From contig CDMY01000488.1 in NCBI GenBank assembly GCA_001179505.1, forward strand, positions 248,001 to 312,000: DNA of 64,000 nucleotides, in the 5' to 3' direction. Both the position numbers and the translations under genes were made by a program. The notes beneath the pieces were generated by a model. The model did not search any database, was not told the origin of the DNA, and worked only from the letters and a program-made list of their open reading frames with translations. This stretch comes from Vitrella brassicaformis CCMP3155. Lineage: Eukaryota > Protista > Chromerida. Below, in pieces: positions 12,885-25,600 of the stretch; the stretch's first letter is position 1; each line of letters opens with the position of its first letter.

Positions 12885-15800
12885 ATGGCGAGGCGTCCCA
12901 CCGCGAATGGAAAGGCGCCACGTGGGATCCGCCTCTGCGTCATCGCCGTCTACATCATTACTGTAGTCAGCAGCGGCAGTGGCATGACTGCCGCCCGGCA
13001 ACACCATTACAGTGGCAGCGGCAGAGGCAATGGCACGTCGGTGACCATCGCACTGCAGCGGCGGGTGCTCACCGACAGGCTGCTGCTCAACCTTGAGCGC
13101 ACCAAGCAGTCGGCATCTCTCGCTGCGCAAGCTGCTCTGACGGCCCAGAGAGAGAGGGAGGAGGGCCGGCAGGGTGGCAGTGAGGGTGACGACTCGGGAC
13201 AGCAGCAGCAGCGGCGGCAAGCCCACTTTGTCACGGCGCCACACACACGGCTGCTGACGTCGCTGCTTTCAACATGGCGGGGGCTCTTCGGCTGGCTGTC
13301 GTCATCGGGTGACAGTGTCGAAACAGATGCTGACGGACGGGAGGNNNNNNNNNNNNNNNNNNNNNNNNNNNNNNNNNNNNNNNNNNNNNNNNNNNNNNNN
13401 NNNNNNNNNNNNNNNNNNNNNNNNNNNNNNNNNNNNNNNNNNNNNNNNNNNNNNNNNNNNNNNNNNNNNNNNNNNNNNNNNNNNNNNNNNNNNNNNNNNN
13501 NNNNNNNNNNNNNNNNNNNNNNNNNNNNNNNNNNNNNNNNNNNNNNNNNNNNNNNNNNNNNNNNNNNNNNNNNNNNNNNNNNNNNNNNNNNNNNNNNNNN
13601 NNNNNNNNNNNNNNNNNNNNNNNNNNNNNNNNNNNNNNNNNNNNATGCTGACGGACGGGAGGGAGTGGGGGAGAGTGAGGGGGTGGGGATGGGGGCCGAG
13701 GGGGTGGAGTCGCGGTCCAATCGTTACGCGACTTACTACCGCGTTGGGAGTGGTCGGGGTAAGATCGACATCCACAACTTCTTCGACCTGCAGTACTATG
13801 GTCCGGTGACCGATAGCGACGGGCAGAACTTCCAAGTCACGGTGGGTGAAAGACAACGGGAGGGAGGGAGGACAACGGCATCGCGGATGTCACATTGTGT
13901 TTTATGGGAGTGATGTATTGCCTCTCTAGTTCGATACGGGGTCTTCGTTCACATGGCTGCCTGGGAGTGGCTGCAAGTCATGCGACCATATCGGTATGTA
14001 TGTGAGCAGCAGAGCACCACATGAAGCAACAGAGTCCATATGTATTCGCCCTCTCACTTGTCTGTCTTCCCAATCCCTTCCTTCATCAGAGTCGTCTGCG
14101 TCGGCCGATGGCGACCCTTCGATCACCGACAAGGGCACCTGTCAGGACTGTGCGGGGCCACACAGACTCAGATACTGCGGCAAGGTATGCACACCTGCAC
14201 CCAATCCACATCACACGCTCGTGTGTATGTGGGCATGGTCGTTGGTTCGCCCAGAGTCTGGATCGGTCGCTGCTGCTGACCTACGGCAAGGGAAGCGCGT
14301 ACGGCGTCCTGTGCGAGCGGGACTTCACCCTCGGAGGCCTGACTGTCCACGGGCAGCCGTACGTCTACGTCACAGAGACCGACACTGCCATGAGCTACCT
14401 ATCCCAGGCGGTAAGATGGATAGCTCAAGAGCAGAGTGCGCCGAGGTCGACGTGGTGTTGACGGGTATGCGACCGACTGTGTGGTTGGGCTGGGCAGGAG
14501 GGCATTGTGGGGATGGGCTTCTCGACGCTGTCTGAGAACATCCAGACGGGTACGCACCCACACACATACATACACACACGACCATTTGTGAAGCAGCCGG
14601 ATAAGTCTCCCGCCTGTCGCCCCTGTGTGCAGTGATGGAGAGCCTGGTCGCGGAGGACGTCCTCAGCGTACCCCAATTCACATTTGTCCTCACCGAGAAC
14701 GGCAGACATGGATCTCAGGTAACACCACACACACACATACACAAGCGCGGAGGACACACACACGCAACCACACCATACGTACGTATCTGGTGCTGCATGC
14801 CCAGCTGATCCTCGGCGACACCCCATGGGATGAGGACTTCATCTACAGCGCTCCCGTGGTGCAGCCGTCATACTGGACAGTCCAGTTCACGTCCGTCTCG
14901 GTGCTGCCGCCCATTCCCTCATCACACGACTCATCTTTCACCACTGTCGAGCCCAGCAGCGCGCCCGACGGCGGCTATGGCTATGGGGTCTCCAACACGG
15001 ACCCTGTAATCGCCACGTCGCGGCGGCTGGGCGACAGGGATGGTGCTGGCGATGGTGGTGGTGATGTGAATGTTACGGATGAGGCGGGCAAGGTGCTGCC
15101 GATCAGCTCGCTGGGCATCATCGACACGGGTTCTTCTCTCATCTACACGCCGGATGACCCCACCACCTATATCCTGCTGCTCAAGGAGCTGCAGCCCGAT
15201 CTCAAGGAGCTGAAGCGGGCACAGTGCAGCCACGTGGACCCCGACTCGCCGAGTGTGGGTGTGGTGCAGTGCCTGTGCAATCACGTGCACAAGTGGAAGC
15301 GGCTCAGCTGGGACGTCGGCAACGTGCACTTCGACATAGGACCGGCGGAGTATTTCATCCCCGGCCTGTCGGAGAACCCCTTCATGTGCACCTTCGCCAT
15401 CCAGCCTGGCTCAGGGCTGGATGGCAACGCCTGGCTCATCGGTGCGCTACACACCACACACGCCTAACGACCAACACAACAACCGTGCACCGTCCCCCTG
15501 TATATGTCATCCATCTCTCTGTGCAGGTGATGCATTCCTCAAGAAGTGGGCGGCCACATTCCGTCTGGCCCCCAAGCCAACGGTGGGCTTCTCCGGGGTG
15601 TACCGCGGCGGCCCCTGCAGCCGGGCCGAGTACGTGGGCAAAGGCCCCTGCACGGGAGCGCCTCCCCTCTTCCCCGAGCCGTTCGACCCCATGGCTGGCG
15701 ACGATGACCACTGGCTGCAGCGGTGGAGCATCGTTTGGGGCGGCGTGGGGGTGGTGCTGTTCGGCGTGGTCGTCACCTGGTTCGGGTGGACACCATCGTG

Positions 15801-16083
15801 CCCCAAGCGGAGGAAGACCACCGCGGAGCACACAGAGGAGGAGCTAGCATCGTCTCACGAGGACCAGCAGCGACAGGCGAGGGTGATGCGGCTGTGTGAG
15901 GCCGCCAACCAGGCAGCCAACCATGGCCGCGACCACGAACCACCCAGCGGCAGCAGCAACAGCCACCGCCCCAGCCCACGGAGCTCCCAGAAGGGCGGGA
16001 GGCTGTTCGCGATGCTGCGGTCTCTGCGGACGAGCAGCTCCCTCGACGAGGAGGAGGGGCAGTCAGGCCGGCGGGAGGGCTGA
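12885..16083 (+). CDS. Pepsin-family (A1) aspartic protease with N-terminal signal/anchor and C-terminal TM helix
   Basis: NFFDLQYYGPV...|FDTGSSFTW (catalytic Asp 1), flap LTYGKGS, GIVGMGFS, SYWTVQF, GIIDTGSSLIY (catalytic Asp 2), WLIG|DAFLKKWAATF, TM WSIVWGGVGVVLFGVVVTWFGW and a basic cytosolic tail. The first exon contains an assembly gap. Start could be 12822 or 12885. Confidence 0.9.
13345..13644. other. Assembly gap (300 N) with duplicated flanks
   Basis: atgctgacggacgggagg is present on both sides. Merging the overlap keeps the protease reading frame. Confidence 0.95.
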
Positions 16084-17280
16084 GGGTGAAGGGTCGGCCT
16101 CGGCTGCATCGTCGTCAACGCTTGAGGGGACGGCATCAGAACGGCCGGATGTGTCGCCGGATCAGCATCGGCCGGTTGCCGATGTGGGCCGGTGACTCGG
16201 GCGGCTGGAGGGCAGAGGGCAGAGGGCAGAGGGCTCGCTAGGTGGCTGGGTGGATGGCACGGCTTTCTTTTTCTTTAAGACTCGGCGTTTCAGTCGCTTC
16301 GGTTGGGTCGGTTCCTTACTTAACGCGGTGAGGGGCCTCCCTTTGTCGTCTCGTCTGTGTGTGTGGTGGTGTGGTGTGCGGATGTGTGTGATGTCGTGGG
16401 GGTTGGCATAAGGGAGAAACGGGGCTGGGGGGTGGGGTGGGTTGGTGGGTGTGAAGTGATAGTTTCGGTCGGTCAGTTGTGTGAAGAATTAGTCGACGCG
16501 TGTGTGCCTGGTGCGTGCCGTGCAAGCACGCCTGGTTTTTCACTCTTGGCTGGCTCTTGTTAGAATGGCCAGCCAGGAGGGAGGCTGTGTGGTGTAGGCG
16601 CCCCGCCCCATTTCCTCCGTCCCTCCCTCTCTCCCTCGCTCCCCACCTCGTGTGTGTTGTGTTGTGTTTGTTTGCGGCCGGCCGTGATATATGCGCCCGC
16701 CAGCCTGCCTGCTTTGATGCCCCTTGATGCTTGGTGCCTTTTGTGAGATCTTTAGTTGCCCGTGTGTGTGTGTGTGCGTACTTACTTTGTACGTACGGGT
16801 ACGCGTTCGTTGTACGGGTAAGTACAGTGTGAGTGGCTTCCTGGACGGACGGACAGATGGACATATACCGCCTCCTTACGTGCTCCCTGCCTGCCTGCCT
16901 TGCTCCCTCGTAATGATATTTGTGTGGCTTCGATCTACCTATGGCTGTCTGTCTTGACGATGATCCTCATGTTTTATGCGATGCGATGCGGTGCGATGGT
17001 ATGCCGAGCGTGCACACGATCCACACGCACTCAACCCAGCGAGCCCAGCTATCACCTGCCTGCATGTGATGTGTGCTCGAGTGCCGTCCCGTGCCGTGCC
17101 GCCAAGTGCATGGTGTTCCATACCTCCGTGTGTGCGTGTGCGTGCCTTTTTCCGCTATTACATCCATCCATCATGCATCGATCGATCCTCCTGCTGTGCG
17201 TGCTGCGTGCTGTGCATTTATTAAGCATGGACGACACAATGCAACACGTGAGAGGTGGTGGGTGGGTGACGGGCGGGCGG

Positions 17281-17580
17281 NNNNNNNNNNNNNNNNNNNN
17301 NNNNNNNNNNNNNNNNNNNNNNNNNNNNNNNNNNNNNNNNNNNNNNNNNNNNNNNNNNNNNNNNNNNNNNNNNNNNNNNNNNNNNNNNNNNNNNNNNNNN
17401 NNNNNNNNNNNNNNNNNNNNNNNNNNNNNNNNNNNNNNNNNNNNNNNNNNNNNNNNNNNNNNNNNNNNNNNNNNNNNNNNNNNNNNNNNNNNNNNNNNNN
17501 NNNNNNNNNNNNNNNNNNNNNNNNNNNNNNNNNNNNNNNNNNNNNNNNNNNNNNNNNNNNNNNNNNNNNNNNNNNNNNNN
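17281..17580. other. Assembly gap (300 N) with 40-nt duplicated flanks
   Basis: 17241-17280 is identical to 17581-17620 and is followed by a poly-G run. Confidence 0.95.
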
Positions 17581-17888
17581 GCAACACGTGAGAGGTGGTG
17601 GGTGGGTGACGGGCGGGCGGGGGGGGGGGGCAGAGAGATGACTGAGGGGGGCATGTGTACAGACCTTGGAGGGAGGCGATGTGAGTGCAGTGCATGGGGC
17701 GATCGTACGTGTGCGCGTGTGTTGTGTGCCGGTGGCTTTGCGTGCTGATGCTGGAGACCTGTCTGTCCTTTACAGTAAAACGTGTATCATAGTGCCGCTG
17801 CAGTCCTGGCAGTCACGTCGCAAAAGTGTCCTGGCCGGGCATATAAGTCACAGCATTTACATGGGTCGCGAAACCAAATAAGGTGAAG

Positions 17889-20800
17889 ATGAAGAAATCC
17901 AAGGCCTCCACGAAGCCAAAGGCAGCCTCCGCTCAGGCCACCATGGCACTTTCGGACAAACGCGGCGGCCGCTCACTCGTAAGTGAAGCGGGGATGGGCA
18001 GCACACCCACCACGAGGAACGCCAAGGACCGTTGCCGGTTCCCTTCCTTCCCGGCGGTGTTGTGTGCTGTGCAGGGCGCTATCCCCGATCTCATGTTGGT
18101 GGGCTCTCAGATCATCCAGGACGTCTGCCACATGTCCACCCCCCTCTCGGACTTCAAGAACCATGCCGGCGCCACCCCACCCACCTCCCTCGCCCCCTCC
18201 CCTGGCACCCCATCCCCACCCTCCACCGCCGACCCCCACCGCACCGACACAATGACGCCGCAGCAGCAGATGGAGTACTGCACCATGCTGTTGGAGAAGA
18301 CGGAGAACCTGGGCTACACACAGATGCACCTCTACATGACCATGAAGAAGGCGCTCATGGACGGCGGCGACACGTGGAAGGAGGCTGCGGCCAAAATCGA
18401 GGCCTTCCGTGAGACGGTGAGGGGTGGGTGGGTGCAGGTGGGATGAGGAGGGTGATGGTGTTTTGGTGTGTGGTGTGTGCATTGGGTGCAGAAAACTCCT
18501 GAGGTGTTGAAGGATGTGATGTGAGCATGGCACAAGGAGGGGGCAGGGGGCGGGGGGGCGGGGGGGGAGTGGTGTGTGTGCGAATGCCTCTGTGTGTGGT
18601 TCATGTGTCCTGTCGATGCAGGCGTGAGTGGAGCAAGGCGCGCATGGTCAAGGCTATTCGCGAGAAACTGACGGCTGACGAGATCGCAAAGGTACCACAC
18701 ACACACACACACACGCACGCAAACACATCACAGACCCGTCAGATGTCTTCTGTGTCGCTCTTGGTGTGAGCAGTTGATTGACGGCAAGGATGACAAGTTC
18801 AAGGACGACGTAGGCGAACCAGGACCGCAGAGAGGCCTTCCTGCAACACATCACACGCATTTCTGTTGTGGTGTGGTGTGGTGTGTCTTGTGGTCCATCA
18901 GGAGAGTTCGTATGCGACGCTGGCCACCTACTTCCTGTCCGAAGGGAGAGACATCTTCATACTCGAACAGCAAATGGCCATGCAGAGTGAGTTGAGTTGC
19001 CCCACCACATCACACCTCACACACATGCGACGACAGCTACACACACACTGACGGCACATAGACGGCTTTTTCTCTTGCCAGCTGCCGAGAAGGCCGCCCC
19101 CGTCCCTGAGTTGTCGAGTGCGGCGGTACCCTCGGCCTCATCCAGACCGTCGGGCGCCAAGAGCACCACCAGCAGCAGCAGCAGCAGTGGTGGTGGTGGT
19201 GCGAAGGAGGGCAATGGTGGTGGTGATGGCGACGTGCCGATGGAGGACAGTAGCGAGGTAAGACGGGCAGAGGGCTGCATGCACCCATCCATGTGGTGTG
19301 GGGTGTCAGGTGTCTAGTGTTGGTGTTGACGTGAAGGATGTGGTTGCTCGTCTGCTTAAGACCTACATCATGATGACCACTGAGGACATCTGGCCACTCG
19401 GTGAGACCGGGGAGGGGGGGTGGGGGGGGGCGGGGGACGCGGACACACAAGAGGCACAGAAAGGGCGATCCGGATTCCGCACCCCTTGTGTGTGTGTGTG
19501 TCTGAGTGTCTGTGTGTGTTCAGAGGTTGATGCCAAGGATGCCATGAAGTTCGACCAGCTGTACAAGAAACACGCACTCGCAGAGCTGCACTTCCCAGAG
19601 GTACGTGATGTGACACGTGCTAGTGCTGCATCTACCTGTATGTGTGTGGGCACCTTCCTCTATGCAGCCGCATCTTCGTAAGTTTGCTCGTTCGGCCGAT
19701 GGAGCTGAAATCAAGAAGGCAATGTGAGATGGCCGGGGGTGGGGGGGGGGGGGGGGAAANNNNNNNNNNNNNNNNNNNNNNNNNNNNNNNNNNNNNNNNN
19801 NNNNNNNNNNNNNNNNNNNNNNNNNNNNNNNNNNNNNNNNNNNNNNNNNNNNNNNNNNNNNNNNNNNNNNNNNNNNNNNNNNNNNNNNNNNNNNNNNNNN
19901 NNNNNNNNNNNNNNNNNNNNNNNNNNNNNNNNNNNNNNNNNNNNNNNNNNNNNNNNNNNNNNNNNNNNNNNNNNNNNNNNNNNNNNNNNNNNNNNNNNNN
20001 NNNNNNNNNNNNNNNNNNNNNNNNNNNNNNNNNNNNNNNNNNNNNNNNNNNNNNNNNNNCGGGGGGGGGGGGGGGGGGGGGGGGGGGCAATGGCACCGGG
20101 AAGAGGCACGAGATAACTGCTGTTCCGCTGTTGCTGTTGTGGCTGTGCAGTGATAAGCGTTTCCGCAGTGAGATCGGCCAGATGATCGAACTCAACTTCG
20201 AATCGCACACGTACATGAAGGTGACGACCAGACCAGCCGCCACACACCACACCCACATCTACCCACATGGCGGTGTATGTTTATGTCTGCAGCTCCTTCG
20301 CGGCATCATGTTGGTCGACCGTCTCTTCCACGACCCCCCCGAGACGTACCAGCCCATCCCCGTCGACAAAATGACACACGTCAGTATAACCGACAGAGGA
20401 GTGAGAGAAGGGGAGGCCTGCACCCACACACACCTCTATTGGATGGATGGATGTGTGCAGGAGCAGGGCCGTGACGTGTTGGTTGAGCTGATGTTGGCCG
20501 CAGGGTGGACCGATGAGAACCACGACGAAGACGACATGGACATGGACCTAGACGAGCACGTGCCATCCACCAAGACCACCAAACGAGTGTCAGGTACAAC
20601 ACACGCCCACCCGCACACAGACAGGGAGACATCACAGAGGAGCATATCCGCGCGCGCGTGTGTGTGTGTGCGTGTGTGTGGTCAGGTGATGTCCAGATGT
20701 CATCGCGTGGCGGCGGTGAGGACAGCGACAGTGGCGAGAGTGTGGGGTTCTTCGAGTGGTACGCCCACTGCAATCCGAACGATACTGGCGACGTAGACGA

Positions 20801-21710
20801 CCTGACGCTAGCCATGGAAGTGTAAGGACGAGACACGCCACGAAGGGGGCAAACACGGCGTTGTATGACGTCCTTCCCTCCATCTGTGTCACGCAGGTTG
20901 AGTGCTGGTGAGAAGAAGCGCAAGGATACTCCCCGCCGAGGCCGAGCCAACGCCAAGAAAAAGGCAGCTCGCGGCCGCGCCCCATCCCGTAAGCTGAGAA
21001 AGAAAGAGACACACTAACACCCATTACGGCCATGGCTCTGATGCTGTGGCAGGTGCGTCGGTGCCTGCCGGTCATGTGCCGTCGTCCATCTATGCGTCCA
21101 ATCCCGAGTGGGCCGCCGACACAGACAGGAAGACCAACACCAAGGGCACCGTCATCACCAAATCGGGTGAGAAAACCAAAAAGGCGAATTCAACGCAATC
21201 ACTCACCTTTGTGTGTCCCGCCAATTGCAGAGCATCAGTCGGATGTGACGGGGGTGACGTGGCAAGAGGGGAATCAGGCCTGGGTGGCAAAATGGTCCGA
21301 GAAGGGCGACCTGAAGCAGAAATTCAAGTACTTCTACGTCAGTGACCATGGCTTCGACAAAGCCAAGGTGCACATAACGTTGACCATTCCCTCTGTCTCT
21401 CTCTGAGTGTCCCATGTGTGCCTCCGTCTGTCAGACGTTGGCCGAGGAGCATCGTCGTGAGATGGAGCGCACCGGACGGGCGGTGGTCAAGAAGAGATCG
21501 GAGCACCAGAGCGGCGTCAAGGGCGTCTCCTACGACAAGGGCAGCAACTCATGGATCGCCAGCTGGTACGAGGGCGGCAAGAGGAAGTTTAAGCCGTTCT
21601 CTGTGCGTGAGTTGGGCTATGAGGGCGCCAAGCAGGCGGCCATAGCCCACCGCCGTGCGATGGAGGAGAGGCATTACACATTCAAAGACAAGGCAGTCAA
21701 GGAAGACTGA
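17889..21710 (+). CDS. Protein with two C-terminal AP2 (ApiAP2-type) DNA-binding domains, multi-exon
   Basis: AP2-1 EHQSDVTGVTWQEGNQAWVAKWSEKGDLKQKFKYFYVSDHGFDKAK|TLAEEHRREME and AP2-2 EHQSGVKGVSYDKGSNSWIASWYEGGKRKFKPFSVRELGYEGAKQAAIAHRRAMEE. Basic NLS-like EKKRKDTPRRGRANAKKK. Upstream exons link through canonical splice sites from MKKSKAS. One intron contains a gap. Confidence 0.8.
19760..20059. other. Assembly gap (300 N) between poly-G runs, intronic
   Basis: Ns flanked by G homopolymers. The exons on either side join in frame (IKKAI|DKRFRS). Confidence 0.95.
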
Positions 21711-22258
21711 TGCATGAGACAGACAGACAGACAGACACACACACATCCTCTGGGACCGTCCCGCCCCATGCACGTGCGGCTACCCAGCCACAGTCTGGTG
21801 CATACACGTACGCATCGACAGACCGACCCACGGTACCTACCCATCGCAATGACTGAGTGCATGTGCATGGTGAATGTGATGCTTATGGTATGCCTCTCTC
21901 TATGGATGACCAATTTTGATCAATGAAAATCCTGTCTTCCATGGTTGGAAGCATCAATCATGTCAGACCATCAGGAGTCAATCGATTGCGCACGGCATCC
22001 CGCAGTCCATTACATAGCATCGTCTTGCCTGGCATCATCACTCTTCGCTTCAGCCCTCTGCTGATCTGCCGGTTCGCAACCAGGCCGCGCGGCCTGCATG
22101 GTGTCTGGCAGTTCATTGATGTCTGCCTTACAGGCGTCGGCGCATCCTCAATATTCGTTCAATCCCCTCCCTCCGACCCCAGGAGACTGCGCCCGGGCCC
22201 CCACAGTGCCCCCACGGCAGGCATTTTCCCTTCCCTCCTCTAGCTTGATATCACCGCC

Positions 22259-24478
22259 ATGGCGAGCAAGCCATCCACCCACTTGGCTCCTCCCCCCACC
22301 CCCACCCCCGAAGCCACCGTGACCACGCCATCGTCCACCGCCGTCGCATGCTCACCCGACTCTCATCAGCCCGTCATGTCACGGGGGCTGAGCACGTGCA
22401 CCTCAAGTGCAGCCAGTGTCAGTGACACGCAGCCAAAGAACGTCTTCTGGGTCTCCCCCCAGAAGGCAGGCTTCGGCGTGTTCTGCCAGACGCTCGACTT
22501 TCTGTTTGAGGTGCTGGCGCTGTGGGAGATGGGCAGGCGGGGCTACCACACGATAATGGCGATTGACTTGGTCTTCATCGGCGTCTCCGTCTCCATGCAC
22601 CTGTTCTGGCGGGACAGCAAGCACCCGCTGATGAAGCACAGGCAGCGGGGGCCGGCGGAGAAGGTCCTCGTCTACTTTGGGATGTCGGCCGTATGCGAGA
22701 CAGAAAAGGGGCGAGGGGGGGAGCAGGCAGACCATGAGACACTCATCATTGTTCTCTCTTGTGTGTGTGCAGATGGGCATAAGCATCGATCACTGCACTG
22801 GGAAGATCCCCGTGTGGACGCCCGAGATAGCCAAGGTCCACGGGGTCTTCCGCAGCATCGACATGATGTACCGCAGCATCCCCGCCCTCCTCAGCTATGT
22901 GTTCTTCCTCTTCGCTCACCCAGCCAACTACAGAGACATCCTCTTCTGGGACCGATTCGGCTTCTGGCTCTTCGCCGTCTACTCCGCTGTCCACTTCGCC
23001 TACACCACGTCGTCGCACATACAGCACTTCGCGCAGTTCCCGCATTGGAAAGGTGAGTGAACAGAAAGACACAAGTCTCGACACACAGAAAACTGTGTGT
23101 GCTGCAGGTTTCTTCATCGTCTTTGTGTTCCACCTGGCCGACATCGGTTTCTGGATAATGCAGCTGGGGTGCCTGTGTTTCTTCCTGGGCTGCCTGCCTG
23201 CCGTGCTGGTGCTGCTGTGGCAGTGGGCGTCGCGGCAGACGATCATCATCACGCGATACGTGCTGGACAAGAAGAAGGCCTCTCCTAAGGGCCTGTTTAA
23301 GTACCTCCGGACGTGGTGGTACCTGCTCTTCGTCCAACAGCCTATCAACCTGATTGCGTCATCTCTCGGGCCGGTAGCCAAGCCAGACAGACAGACAGAC
23401 AGATAGACTGGCTTGCGCGCTTCTTTCTTTGCTCATGAATCATTTTGTGTGCTGTCTCGGTGTCTCAGGTGGGGCAGGCCCACCCGGTGTATCGGTGGAT
23501 CATCCTTGCGCTGCGCTACATCGAGACAGCCGCCATCCTCACCTTCATATGGGCCACCAAACCGTCGAAGTCACGCATGGACGGTCAGTGCCATTGGCTG
23601 GACCGCAGGCGAGAGACATGCTGACGCGTGTGGCTCCCTCCCTTTGTGTCTGTGTGCATTTGAACAGAGTGGGGAGTGGGTGAGGATTTCCACATCAAGC
23701 TGACCAACCAGGTGTTGATGCCCTGGAGCCTCGTCAACCTCTACTTCCACACCTACTGCGTGGCGGCCATTGCGTCGGGCTCAATGCCCTCGCTGATACA
23801 CCTCAACTTCAATGCCACCGCCGCAAGTGAGGAGACACAGAAATCGCGCAGTCACACGCACAATCTCCCACCCCCCGCCCCCCTTCCATGTCCCATCACC
23901 CATTGTGCAGAGGACAGTAACGTCAACAAGGTGATAATGATCAGCAAGCAGCTCTTGCGCCCATCCGTGGTGGACCCCAAGAACCGGCCGAGGTCGAAGA
24001 GGCCGCCGCCCCTCAATCAGAACCCGCCACGGGCCGACGCGTACTCCAAGAAGATAGAGGCGCTACACAAACCACAAGACGGTGCAGAGAGGGAAACGCC
24101 GGAGGACGACGGCTACTCGGCAGAGGGAGAAATGGACCATGAGGTACGTCTGCAGATAGATGCCAGCCTCCCTCCCCTGGCTGCATACGCCTTCTGTGTG
24201 TGTCTCTGCGTCTTGGTGTGCAGGGCTCGCCTCACTTCAACAACGATTCCCAGCCGCCTTTCCACGAAGGAGATGCCGCCTTCATGATCGACGACGACAT
24301 GGTGCTCCACGACACCATCGAGTTTCCTTCAGGACTAGCTGCAGGGACCGACGACGGGGCCGAGGGTGCGGGTGAGGGTGAGGGTGGGGGTGTGGCGGGG
24401 AAGCTCAAGACGTTCCATGCGTTTTCTGGTGTGGGCAATGCTGGCGGGCAGCAGAGGGATTGGGCACAGAAGCCATAG
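22259..24478 (+). CDS. Multi-pass membrane protein, XK-related (Xkr scramblase)-like
   Basis: Seven exons with canonical junctions and ~8-10 hydrophobic helices. Segments align by eye to Xkr motifs: QTLDFLFEVLALW, RSIDMMYRSIPALL, HLADIGFWIMQL, RYIETAAILTFIW, NLYFHTY. Acidic C-tail. The gene model is solid, the family call is tentative. Confidence 0.55.
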
Positions 24479-24945
24479 GGAGAGAGGGGATTAAGGGGTG
24501 CTCTGTGTAAGCGCGTTGCGTCATGTAAGCACCTGATTGTGACAGTTAGGAGAGAGGACATTTTTACGTCGCTCAGCGAGTGCGTGTGGTTCACGACGAG
24601 AAGCGGCAAGCGATTAGTCGAGTGACTGACATACACACACACGAATGCAGTCAATCGGTACACACACAAAAACGGGAGCCTGAGTCATGTAAGGGAGTGT
24701 CCATCAGTCAGTCAGTCTGTCTGTTTGTCATTTGCTATACATCAGACGGTGACGGTCCATCAGTGATTGCGCCCCAGCCCGCATCCGCCGACAAGCCGGA
24801 TACGACCCGTATCGTCGTGATCACTGACGGACTGCGCAGACGACCAAATGGTACCGTATCTCTTTTCTACACACACACACACACCTCCCTCCCTCCCGCT
24901 GTCTGTCTACGCATCCATCCATCCATCCATCCATCCATATCTCGT

Positions 24946-25549
24946 CTATCTCCTGGCCTCGTAGTGTCCATGTCCATGCTCCTCAGAGGCCATCTCGTCG
25001 GCCATGTCCTGCGCGTCCTGCTCGTCTTGGCCAGCACCGCCACTCTCATGACGATCGGCCTGGCCCCCTTTGTCGTTGTTGACCGCGTTGGAATGAAATC
25101 TGTGCGCATCGTGGCGCTTCAGACACCCGTTGAACTCGTTCCTTCGCCGACGGTCAATCTCGCCACGCTCCAGCTGCATTGCATGCCACACACACACGCG
25201 AGAGCACCACACATGCAATGAGCAGATGCTGCAGGGGAGAGGCTCGTGTGTGCGGGCGCTGCGCTCACCGGGTCGCTGACGTAGACCTCGTTGTAGCAGA
25301 TGGGCGACACGCACTTGTCGACACAACCGTCGTTTTCCTCGATGGGCAGGTGGCCGCACTCGTTCCGGCTGCACGACTGACGACGGGTCCGCCACGCCTT
25401 GCTCTGATCACATCACATCGCATTCATTGGGTCAACAAAATGACTTCAGCAGGCAGGTGGCGTACCGTTTGCGAATGATGTGCGTGCGGCTTTGAGTGTG
25501 CCGTCATCAGGAGAGGAGAAAGGCATGCCAAGGCGATGGAGATCTTCAT
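24946..25549 (-). CDS. Small secreted Cys-rich protein, DUF4787-like (3 exons, 148 aa)
   Basis: Exons 25549-25466, 25403-25269 and 25173-24946, all phase 0: MKISIALACLSPLLMTAHSKPHAHHSQT|SKAWRTRRQSCSRNECGHLPIEENDGCVDKCVSPICYNEVYVSDP|LERGEIDRRRRNEFNGCLKR... The C-x3-C-x-SP-x-CY...DPLE-x-GE-x-D...F-x2-C pattern matches my recollection of DUF4787. Confidence 0.75.
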
Positions 25550-25570
25550 GGCGACTGAAATGTCTCGAAA

Positions 25571-25600
25571 GGGTTAGGGTTTCTCGGTCACAGGGTTTGA
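25571..25600 (-). promoter_or_regulatory. Telomere-like (telo-box, AAACCCTAA) motif ~22 nt upstream of the DUF4787-like ATG
   Basis: + strand gggttagggtttctcggtcacagggtttga. A similar motif lies upstream of the ABCC ATG. Function is inferred only. Confidence 0.3.
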
